Source: Bacteroidales bacterium (GTDB taxonomy: Bacteria; Bacteroidota; Bacteroidia; Bacteroidales; UBA10428). Taken from it: 64,000 bases of DNA. A model generated the notes under the pieces. It worked only from the letters and a program-made list of their open reading frames with translations, did no database searches and was not told the origin of the DNA. The stretch is from the NCBI GenBank assembly GCA_016934395.1, contig JAFGSZ010000057.1, positions 19,421 through 83,420 on the forward strand, written 5' to 3'. Shown piece by piece: positions 28,415 through 36,423 of this stretch. The position numbers were made by a program, and so were the translations under genes. The first letter of the stretch is position 1. Each line of letters opens with the position of its first letter.

Positions 28415-28918
28415 TTATAAAATTATTGATTTCTTTGATTTTTCTGCAGATTCTGAAGAAATATATTCGGTGATATATTTTGTGATAAATTCAAATGCAC
28501 TATCCAGATTCGAAGATGCATCAGAAGTTATTTCTTCAAGAAAATCCCATTGATAACCCTTTATCTGAAGCAAATAGGCTGCCGGGATTTTGCCATAAAG
28601 AGATTGACATAAATCCAGCACAAACGCCGGTGATACGGCATGCATGGTAAACTCCACCTTAGGATTGGGAATAATTTCAGAAAATATATAGTTCTTGTTA
28701 ATATTTAACGAAGCATCGGCAAATATCACAAGATCATAGTTATTTATTGTTGCTGCATCTTCGATATTTAACTGGTAATTCGAATCGATATTAACTCCTT
28801 CAATATGGAACTCAGCAACCCATTTTTCAAGTCTTTCAGCAAGCATTACCCCAAGCGCATCATCCTGGCGCCCCGGATTTCCATATCCATATACCAGTAT
28901 TTTATTTTTCTGCTGCAC
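28415..28918 (-). CDS. hoxW: [NiFe]-hydrogenase maturation endopeptidase (HoxW type)
   Basis: ILVYGYGNPGRQDDALG motif. The size and the position directly after hoxH fit. Confidence 0.85.
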   Translation of the reverse strand: MQQKNKILVYGYGNPGRQDDALGVMLAERLEKWVAEFHIEGVNIDSNYQLNIEDAATINNYDLVIFADASLNINKNYIFSEIIPNPKVEFTMHAVSPAFVLDLCQSLYGKIPAAYLLQIKGYQWDFLEEITSDASSNLDSAFEFITKYITEYISSESAEKSKKSIIL

Positions 28919-28921
28919 GTA

Positions 28922-30373
28922 TCAACTTCTCCGTTTATCAATTAATTGGTCTTTGTGATCGTATAGAGAAATTTCAAGCGGCATTTGTCCAATTGCATGT
29001 GTAGCGCAACTTAAACAGGGATCGTAAGCCCTAATTGACACCTCAACAGCGTTAAGCATTCCCTCGGTAATTTCTTTCTGTCCGGTTAAAAATTTGGTAG
29101 CCACCTGGTTTACCGCATTATTCATCGGCTGATTATTATTGGTGGTAGAAACAATAAGGTTAGCCATTACAATCTGGTCGTTTTCATCAATCTTATAATG
29201 ATGGAACAAAGTTCCTCTGGGGGCTTCTATTAAACCCACACCTTCAAATTTTTTCGTTCCTTTTTTCACGAGTTCTCCCTTTAGCAGGTCGGGATCGTTT
29301 AGTAATTCTTTCATTTTTTCTGCAGCATGAAGAATCTCAATAAGCCTTGCCCAATGCATATGCATTGGCCGGTGACTTGGTTTCCCGTTGGAATATGCCC
29401 TGAATTTTTCAAATTCTTTTTGCGCCAGCGATGTATCAATAAAATCAATGGTATTTAACCTGGCCAAGGGGCCAACAGTATACCAGCCATCGTTTTTCCC
29501 GATCTGTTTCAGGTAGGGAAATTTCATATAACTCCAGCTTCGCACCTCTTCGTCGATGTATTTATTATAATCCTGATAATCCACATCGTGCAAAATTTTC
29601 TTGCCATTGGCATCAACGGCTCGTAATACTCCGTGATATATATCCAGCGCCCCGTCTTTTCTTACCAGGCTTAAATAGCTGGAAGGAAATTCCACAAATC
29701 CATCTATAATTTCTTTATGATTTTTATGATAATCGTGAAAAAATTCAAGCGCTCCCTCCGACCATGAAATCATTTTATCAATGTTCATAGGATCATGCCC
29801 GTTTAGCAAATACTCCTTTTCAGCTTCGGTAAGATGTTTATTAATTCCACCGGGAACAGCGCCGGTTCCATGTATCTTCTTTCCGGCAGTAGCCCTAATA
29901 ACTTCCTGACCATATTTTCGCATCATAACCCCCTGCACGGCCAGTTCCTTATGTTCCATAGCTACTCCAATAATATTTCTTATTGCAGGATCGGCATCAA
30001 TACCAAATAATAAATCGGGGGATGCCAGATGGAAAAAGTGAAGCGTATGTGATTGAAAAAATTGTCCATAATGCATAAGCCGTCGCATTTTTTCACCCGT
30101 AGGTGTTAAACCGTTACCGTTACCGGCACCAACAATTACATCCAGCGCTTTAGCAGCTGCAAGATGGTGACTTACCGGGCAAATGCCGCAAAGACGTTGC
30201 ACAAGCACAGGGGCTTCCCAATAAGGACGTCCCTGAACAAAACGCTCAAAACCACGGAATTCGACAATATGCAATCTGGTTTGTTCAACATTTCCATCGT
30301 TATCAAGATGAATGGTAACTTTGCCGTGGCCTTCCACACGGGTAACAGGTTCAATTGTAATTTTTTGTCCCAT
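28922..30373 (-). CDS. hoxH: Bidirectional NAD-linked [NiFe] hydrogenase large subunit (group 3d)
   Basis: EPVTRVEGHGKV, RLCGICPVSH, and a C-terminal DPCLSCATHA followed by a cleavable extension. Confidence 0.93.
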   Translation of the reverse strand: MGQKITIEPVTRVEGHGKVTIHLDNDGNVEQTRLHIVEFRGFERFVQGRPYWEAPVLVQRLCGICPVSHHLAAAKALDVIVGAGNGNGLTPTGEKMRRLMHYGQFFQSHTLHFFHLASPDLLFGIDADPAIRNIIGVAMEHKELAVQGVMMRKYGQEVIRATAGKKIHGTGAVPGGINKHLTEAEKEYLLNGHDPMNIDKMISWSEGALEFFHDYHKNHKEIIDGFVEFPSSYLSLVRKDGALDIYHGVLRAVDANGKKILHDVDYQDYNKYIDEEVRSWSYMKFPYLKQIGKNDGWYTVGPLARLNTIDFIDTSLAQKEFEKFRAYSNGKPSHRPMHMHWARLIEILHAAEKMKELLNDPDLLKGELVKKGTKKFEGVGLIEAPRGTLFHHYKIDENDQIVMANLIVSTTNNNQPMNNAVNQVATKFLTGQKEITEGMLNAVEVSIRAYDPCLSCATHAIGQMPLEISLYDHKDQLIDKRRS

Positions 30374-30385
30374 TTGCTAAATCTT

Positions 30386-30934
30386 TTAATCGAATTTTAC
30401 AACTTCATAAGGTAATTTCATCTCATTTCCTGTAATGAGCGCTGTTAATGCATCCCATATCAGGTCTGCGCGGGGTGGACATCCTGGCAAATAATAGTCT
30501 ATTTTTACTACTTCATGACATGGATATACTTTATTCAGGAGTATTGGCAGTTCAGGATCGTTAGGTACAATCTTTTCAGTATTTCCCACAACCGTAGGTC
30601 CATTTAAGTAGGCCTCGTCCAAACATTCTTTAATCGGTATGCCATTTCGCATGGCAGGCAGACCACCCATTATGGCGCATTCGCCAACAGAAACCAAAAT
30701 TTTGCAGTGTTCTCTGAAATCCTTCAGCACGTGTACATTTTCACTGTTACAACATCCTCCTTCGATAAGGCCAATATCACACTTTTTTGTGAATTTCTTA
30801 ATATCATCAATGGGAGATTTATTAAATTCTACCAATTCAATAAGTTCGAGAATTCTGTCATCGATATCCAGAATTGACATGTGACATCCAAAGCATCCTG
30901 CCAGTGATGTTGTTGCTATAACCGGTTTACTCAT
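30386..30934 (-). CDS. hoxY: [NiFe] hydrogenase small subunit HoxY (NuoB-like)
   Basis: SLAGCFGCHMS and GCPP motifs, 182 aa. Confidence 0.9.
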   Translation of the reverse strand: MSKPVIATTSLAGCFGCHMSILDIDDRILELIELVEFNKSPIDDIKKFTKKCDIGLIEGGCCNSENVHVLKDFREHCKILVSVGECAIMGGLPAMRNGIPIKECLDEAYLNGPTVVGNTEKIVPNDPELPILLNKVYPCHEVVKIDYYLPGCPPRADLIWDALTALITGNEMKLPYEVVKFD

Positions 30935-30945
30935 TTTTAGTCAAT

Positions 30946-31659
30946 TTATGGTTTTGAAACTACCAGATTTTCTATATCGCTTCCAATCGGGTTTTTATCA
31001 TATTTTCTGGTGCCAATAGGCTGGTAAAATCCTTTTTCTTTAACCAGGATTGATCCCACAGGGCAAATATCCATAGCTTTTTGGGCCAGTTCGTCTGTTA
31101 ATTCTTTGCCCAGCTTTGAATCCACACCTACTTCAACCCTGTTGCCTCTTTTGCTGTAGGCAAAAATACTTCTCCCTTTATAATCTTTTATTGCCCTTAT
31201 GCACCGCTTGCATAAAACACATCGGTTTTGTTCTTTAATTATTTTTGGGTGTGATGCATCCACTTTTCTTATTGGAAACGAGAATGGAAATCTGGGTGCC
31301 ATTACATGAAAACGGTATGCAAGTGCCTGTAATTCGCAATTGCCACTCTTTTCACAGGCGGGACAAAAATGATTGCCCTCGACAAACAATAATTCTACAA
31401 TGGCTTTTCGTATTTCATTTATTTCATTTGCATTATTTTCGATTTGCATCCCTTCTGAAACAGGTGAAGTACATGCGGTCATAAGTTTTCCGTTTATTTT
31501 TACCGTGCAAATTCTGCAACCCCCTTTGGGTTTTACACCGGGGTAATTACAAAGTGTAGGTATATAAATTCCGTTCTCCTTTGCTGCATCCACAACAAAT
31601 TGCCCCCGTGTAGCAAGACATTCAACACCATCAATTGAAAATTTTACTATTTTATTCAT
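30946..31659 (-). CDS. hoxU: Diaphorase iron-sulfur subunit HoxU (NuoG N-terminal-like)
   Basis: 2Fe-2S motif (LCNY...GGCRICTV...ACTS), HFCPACEKSGNCELQ, CVLCKRCIR, and CPVGS. Confidence 0.9.
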   Translation of the reverse strand: MNKIVKFSIDGVECLATRGQFVVDAAKENGIYIPTLCNYPGVKPKGGCRICTVKINGKLMTACTSPVSEGMQIENNANEINEIRKAIVELLFVEGNHFCPACEKSGNCELQALAYRFHVMAPRFPFSFPIRKVDASHPKIIKEQNRCVLCKRCIRAIKDYKGRSIFAYSKRGNRVEVGVDSKLGKELTDELAQKAMDICPVGSILVKEKGFYQPIGTRKYDKNPIGSDIENLVVSKP

Positions 31660-31672
31660 AATGTGAGTCTTT

Positions 31673-33481
31673 TTAAAAGTTTGGAATTCTACTTGTGGCT
31701 TCGCTGCCTTCTTTAACAGCCATACTCAGATCAAAACCACTGTCAAATACTTTATTTTTCTGGACTTTTTCTTCGTAAAGATGCCTGAAATTTTTTATAC
31801 TGGACAGTACAGGATTGGCTGCCGTTTGTCCCAGGCCACACCGGCTCGCTTTTAAAATTTTGCCCCATTCCACCATGTCATCAATATCCTGCATTACCCC
31901 TCTGGCATTCAGGATTTTTTTCAGTTTATTTTTAAGCACGGATGGAACGATCCTGCAGGTAGAACAGCTCCCACAAGATTCCTCAATAAAAAAGTCGGTA
32001 AAATTAAGTACTACATCATTTAGCAGTTCTCTGGATCTTCCAAAAATTATAAGCGATCCTCCTGTAGCAAGATCTTCATATCCCAGTATCCGGTTAAATT
32101 CATTTGGCGCAATTAACGCTCCGGAAGGCCCTCCGACCTGCACAGCCTGAGTTTCTGATTTTAAAGCTCCTACCATATCCAACATATCGTTAATGGAAAA
32201 TCCCCATTCCACTTCGTATACCCCCGGGAACCGGCAATCGCCAGAAATACTTAAAAGTTTTGTTCCGGTAGATTCAGTTGTACCAAAAGACTTATACCAT
32301 TCACCGCCATGTAATATTACTTTTACAACTGAACAAAGGGTTTCCACATTGTTTACCACAGTGGGCATATCAAGATATCCTTTTTCAACAGGGAATGGGG
32401 GCCTGTCGCGTGGTTCACCCCTTTTTCCTTCTGCAGATTCAATAAGTGCAGATTCTTCACCACACACATAGGCACCGGCACCAAACTGGATACGGATTTC
32501 AAAATTAAATCCTTTCTTACCCCCGATGTCTTTCCCTAAATAGTTCTTTTTACGGGCATTCTCCAGAATATCTTCAAGGTATTGCTCTAAATATTTATAT
32601 TCATAGCGTAAATATAAGATGCCTTCTGTTGCTCCAACTGCATAACCGGCAATTACCATACCTTCAAAAGGCAATCGCGGAAACTCGGTAAGTATAACCC
32701 GGTCTTTAAATGTTCCGGGTTCACCCTCATCTGCATTACAGAAAATATATTTTTGTTTTCCGGAGGCATTTCGGCAAAATTCCCATTTTAATCCTGTGGG
32801 AAATCCTGCTCCTCCCCGACCACGAATATTTGACTTTTTTATTTCTTCAATAACTTGTGTGGGAGTCATTTTAACAATTTGCTTAATGGCTTCACCGGGC
32901 TTATAGTTAGGATCTAATATCGGACCTATTTTACGGATATTATTGCTTACAACCGACCGGATAAGTTCGGAGGCATTTTTCCCGTCGCCGAAACTTGCCG
33001 AAAACATCTCTACAACCGGTTTTTCTTCTTTAATGTCCCTTACAATTTCTTTAACTCTGAAAGGGGTAAGTTTTGTGAATATTAAATTATTAATGATTGC
33101 TGCCGGTTCCTGATCATTCATACCGATACAGGATGTTTCGAATAATCCAATTTGCCCATCGGGTGTTAATTGACCGAATTTAATACCCAGTTCTTTTTCA
33201 AATGTAGCAGCGACTTCTGCCCGTCCCATCATATTCGAAACCGCACTGTTATTCAAGTAAATCTTATATTTACCGGTTGGAATTAGAGAGAAGAAGTGAT
33301 AAAAGGATACGGTTTGCTCAACATCCACTTCTGACATATGCAAATCTTCTGCTATCTGCGTAACAGCATAATCAGGAATAAAACCAATTTCTGTCTGGAT
33401 GTCTATTAATATATCCATTAAACGCGTTCTATCCTTATTGTACTTACTGATAATCTTTATGATGGCGTTTTTCATAAACAA
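31673..33481 (-). CDS. hoxF: Diaphorase NAD/FMN subunit HoxF (NuoE-like + NuoF-like fusion)
   Basis: GRGGAGFPTGLKWEF, the FMN/NADH region and ESCGSCSTCR 4Fe-4S motif. The N-terminal NuoE-like domain lacks 3 of the 4 cluster cysteines. Confidence 0.9.
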   Translation of the reverse strand: MFMKNAIIKIISKYNKDRTRLMDILIDIQTEIGFIPDYAVTQIAEDLHMSEVDVEQTVSFYHFFSLIPTGKYKIYLNNSAVSNMMGRAEVAATFEKELGIKFGQLTPDGQIGLFETSCIGMNDQEPAAIINNLIFTKLTPFRVKEIVRDIKEEKPVVEMFSASFGDGKNASELIRSVVSNNIRKIGPILDPNYKPGEAIKQIVKMTPTQVIEEIKKSNIRGRGGAGFPTGLKWEFCRNASGKQKYIFCNADEGEPGTFKDRVILTEFPRLPFEGMVIAGYAVGATEGILYLRYEYKYLEQYLEDILENARKKNYLGKDIGGKKGFNFEIRIQFGAGAYVCGEESALIESAEGKRGEPRDRPPFPVEKGYLDMPTVVNNVETLCSVVKVILHGGEWYKSFGTTESTGTKLLSISGDCRFPGVYEVEWGFSINDMLDMVGALKSETQAVQVGGPSGALIAPNEFNRILGYEDLATGGSLIIFGRSRELLNDVVLNFTDFFIEESCGSCSTCRIVPSVLKNKLKKILNARGVMQDIDDMVEWGKILKASRCGLGQTAANPVLSSIKNFRHLYEEKVQKNKVFDSGFDLSMAVKEGSEATSRIPNF

Positions 33482-33520
33482 GTAATTTTTAAAAAAACAG
33501 ACTCAATTCTGCCCAAATAT

Positions 33521-33538
33521 TTGTTAATTTTTTAACAA
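33521..33538. promoter_or_regulatory. Candidate Rex operator upstream of hoxF
   Basis: TTGTTAA-TTTT-TTAACAA is a perfect 18-bp palindrome identical to the TTGTTAAnnnnTTAACAA Rex consensus. It lies 40-57 nt upstream of the hoxF ATG. Confidence 0.6.
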
Positions 33539-33652
33539 CTAAATATAGAGGGAATAAAAATTCTAAACAACAGGAGATTAAAATTTAGAATGATTTTAAT
33601 TTTACGGAAATCACATAACCCTTTAATATCAAGCTTTTTAGGATGGTTTTAT

Positions 33653-33670
33653 TTGTGAATAAAATAACAA
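33653..33670. promoter_or_regulatory. Second, weaker Rex-like site
   Basis: TTGTGAA-TAAA-ATAACAA lies between the Cys-rich gene and hoxF. One half-site is of the TTGTGAA type and the other is one mismatch from TTAACAA. Confidence 0.35.
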
Positions 33671-33730
33671 TAAAAATATGAAAAAGCAATTTACCTATAC
33701 TAAATAATAATAAACCTGGGCATGTTGTTT

Positions 33731-34156
33731 CTAAAAATCATTATCCTCGGCACCATAATTATATTCAGTATAAAAACTGGTGAGCGTGTCATGGATATCC
33801 TCAAAAGATACATAATGATTTGTACAACCTATCCTGGAACATACGTGTACCTTACCCCCTTTAGCAAGATTAAAATCCACAATTGGCGCCTTACATAAGG
33901 CACATAAAGCAGAAGATGAAAGTTCTGTATGACAATGCGGACAAATCAGCTTTGCTGTTTCATTATCAACAAGATCAACATCACTGAGCTTGTCATAACA
34001 TCCATACGTAGCACACAGATTGATTACCCCCTGCTGGCCGGCTACTTCAATGTGAAGCTTAATACTTGGTTTTGCATTCAGATACTGGGTGTAGTCCATT
34101 AAGGATTTGTTGCAGTTTGGACAGTTCACCTTCAAAGAAATCAGGTTCTTTGTCAT
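33731..34156 (-). CDS. Cys-rich double zinc-ribbon protein of unknown function (paralog of 54033-54440)
   Basis: 141 aa with 10 Cys conserved with the paralog (CPxC...LCxxYGC...CPxCH...CxxC...CSRxGCxxH). A strong SD (AGGGAGGA) lies 7 nt upstream of the ATG. Confidence 0.7.
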   Translation of the reverse strand: MTKNLISLKVNCPNCNKSLMDYTQYLNAKPSIKLHIEVAGQQGVINLCATYGCYDKLSDVDLVDNETAKLICPHCHTELSSSALCALCKAPIVDFNLAKGGKVHVCSRIGCTNHYVSFEDIHDTLTSFYTEYNYGAEDNDF

Positions 34157-34252
34157 AGTAAATCCTCCCTATGGTTAATTAAAACTTATTTCAATATACA
34201 ACAATCATAGTGGATTACCAAGTTTAGCCTTCATATTTTTTATAATCCACAG

Positions 34253-34702
34253 TTAATTTGAATTAATACGTCTAATAATTTTATCAGCTGTTTGTTTTAC
34301 CAATGGAGTCAAATTTTCACCAAAAACAACCGATTCAGGCTGAATTCCCAGAATAAAAACCTTGCCGATAAAAAGTTCCGAGATTTTTTTAAGAGAGATA
34401 TTATGTGTATGGGTTGTAATATTTTGAAGATTTTCTACCGGAATTAATTCACAATAACCGGGATCCCGGTTAAAATTAACAGCATCAACCAAAATAAGTA
34501 CTTCCGGTTTAAAATCATTAATTTTTTTAATATAATTTTCAATACTGATTTCAACACAAAGGTTCCTGATATTTTTTCGTTCTTTGATTTTTTGAGAGAT
34601 ATAAACACCAACTCCGTCGTCGGTTTTCAAAACATTGCCAATACCTACAAATAAAATAGTATTTGTTCCGGTTTCCAGAATATTGATGAGATTCTCAAGC
34701 AC
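34253..34702 (-). CDS. [NiFe]-hydrogenase maturation endopeptidase (HycI type)
   Basis: ILFVGIGNVLKTDDGVGV motif, 149 aa. It is the last gene of the group-4 operon. Confidence 0.85.
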   Translation of the reverse strand: MLENLINILETGTNTILFVGIGNVLKTDDGVGVYISQKIKERKNIRNLCVEISIENYIKKINDFKPEVLILVDAVNFNRDPGYCELIPVENLQNITTHTHNISLKKISELFIGKVFILGIQPESVVFGENLTPLVKQTADKIIRRINSN

Positions 34703-35314
34703 CTAATCAAAAATTTTTACCAGCACTTTCCTCAAACAATTGGGGCATATAATATTGAACATATCTTTTCTTTTTAATCCATCAACAACCTCAACCTGTA
34801 CATCTTTTTGTTGTGCCAGTTTTAATTTTTCATTTAGTATATTTAAATTCAGGATGGATGAATAGGCAATCGATCCGAGTTTTTTATGAAGATACACCAT
34901 ATGCTCTTTTGTGGTGATTACAGCCCCGCAACTTTGACAAATTAATAATTCTTTTTCCTGTGTCTCAATAAGCTCTTTGCGGTTAAATGTTGCCAGGTCG
35001 TAAATGGTATCACTCAGTTTTATCCCTTTTCCGGTGATACAATGTTCCTGGCACTGGCCGCAAAAAATGCAAAGACCATAATTTCGTTCAATTTTCCGGA
35101 TTTTTTTTTCTTTATTGTCCGTAAATTTTATCACCCCCGAAGGGCAGACATTTGTACAGGTTTCACAACCGACACAATGTTCGTTGTCTACAACCGGTTT
35201 ACCCCTGTAGTTTTCACTTGGTGTATGGGGCTTTTTTGGAAATTTGGTGGTATAAGCCGGTGAAAATAATGATACAACTGCCTCACCTACTTCTCTTATT
35301 TTAGGATATCTCAT
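34703..35314 (-). CDS. NuoI/MbhN-like 2x[4Fe-4S] subunit with a C-terminal CxxC...CxxC extension
   Basis: CVGCETCTNVCP and CIFCGQCQEHC, plus an extra CQSCGAV...CPNC segment. Confidence 0.85.
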   Translation of the reverse strand: MRYPKIREVGEAVVSLFSPAYTTKFPKKPHTPSENYRGKPVVDNEHCVGCETCTNVCPSGVIKFTDNKEKKIRKIERNYGLCIFCGQCQEHCITGKGIKLSDTIYDLATFNRKELIETQEKELLICQSCGAVITTKEHMVYLHKKLGSIAYSSILNLNILNEKLKLAQQKDVQVEVVDGLKRKDMFNIICPNCLRKVLVKIFD

Positions 35315-35658
35315 TTTTCCTCCTCTTTATTCTTTTCATTCGCATTTTTATAATGATCAACCACACTTCTGTCTCCCAGTTTTATTCCAAAAATATATGC
35401 TCCCCGCACCAGTGCATGAGCGGCAACAGTGGCTGCAAAAAATAACATAATTATAGCCAGGATGGATTTGATACCGATTTCTTTAAAACCGAAAAAAAAC
35501 AACAAGCTTAGCAGGATGCTGCATGTGCCCAGGGTAACACATTTTGTGGCGGACTGTAATCGGTTATACACATCAGGTAAACGAATTAATCCAATGCAAC
35601 CGAAAAGATTAAACAAAATTCCAATACTTAGTAATATTACAGCAATTATATTATTCAT
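35311..35658 (-). CDS. MrpG/MnhG-like antiporter subunit
   Basis: 115 aa, 3 TM helices, with the LIRLPDVYNRLQSATK motif typical of MnhG. Confidence 0.8.
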   Translation of the reverse strand: MNNIIAVILLSIGILFNLFGCIGLIRLPDVYNRLQSATKCVTLGTCSILLSLLFFFGFKEIGIKSILAIIMLFFAATVAAHALVRGAYIFGIKLGDRSVVDHYKNANEKNKEEEK

Positions 35659-35917
35659 TTAATTTTCTGCCTCCTAAATATTTAGCTAAAGTTAATGTTC
35701 CGATAAAACTCAGGATAATCCATGCAATGCCGATATCAATAATAAACGACCTTTCGGTGATCATGGCAATAATAGCGCAGATACCTACTACAAGAATCCC
35801 GAAAATATCAATGCCCACCATACGGTCAGCAATAGTAGGTCCTTTAATAATTCTGTAAAGACAGAAAAAGCATAAAATAATTTGTATATAAAGTAAAACG
35901 TTTAATACCTGATTCAT
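35651..35917 (-). CDS. MrpF/MnhF-like antiporter subunit
   Basis: 88 aa, 3 TM helices, with the IIKGPTIADRMVGID motif. The internal ATG at 35917 was chosen to avoid overlap with the MrpE-like gene. Confidence 0.75.
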   Translation of the reverse strand: MNQVLNVLLYIQIILCFFCLYRIIKGPTIADRMVGIDIFGILVVGICAIIAMITERSFIIDIGIAWIILSFIGTLTLAKYLGGRKLNE

Positions 35918-35936
35918 ACCAATTAATATAAATTTA

Positions 35937-36422
35937 TTATTCAAAAATCTTTTTAATGTACTTTTCAAATCTTCCCGATACCTGACGACTATATGTTTCC
36001 GGATCGATACTATGCACATAAATCCAATGCACATATAAATCATCATCTATCAAATCCACTGTAATGGTTCCAGGTGTCATGGTTATAGAATTTGCCAGGA
36101 TTGTTTTTGCAATACTTGTTTTTAAACCGGTTTTTACTTTTACGATCCCCGGTTTAATGGGCATTGCAGGATGTAATACCCTGTAAGCCACATCAAAATT
36201 TGCCCTGATGCATTCCCATAAAAATATAAAGAGATATACTACAAACCAGAATATCCGCCTTGGGTGTAATACTTTCCATGGTGAACTGACAAAATATTTC
36301 CCAAAGAAAAGTACTGTAATTAAAGCCATAACTGCACCTACAATAATATTGGCAACAGATATGTTATAGGTTAGCAGTAACCAAAGCCCTACAAGAAATA
36401 CAAAAGAAATTATGTTTTTCAT
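35937..36422 (-). CDS. MrpE/MnhE-like antiporter subunit
   Basis: 161 aa with N-terminal TM helices and the SITMTPGTITVD motif typical of MnhE. Confidence 0.75.
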   Translation of the reverse strand: MKNIISFVFLVGLWLLLTYNISVANIIVGAVMALITVLFFGKYFVSSPWKVLHPRRIFWFVVYLFIFLWECIRANFDVAYRVLHPAMPIKPGIVKVKTGLKTSIAKTILANSITMTPGTITVDLIDDDLYVHWIYVHSIDPETYSRQVSGRFEKYIKKIFE

Positions 36423-36423
36423 A

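Noticed and set aside
28922-30373. Possibility of selenocysteine ([NiFeSe]) or frameshifts in the hydrogenase large subunits
   Set aside because: Both large subunits read through uninterrupted with Cys at all four Ni/Fe-ligand positions, and no in-frame TGA is present.
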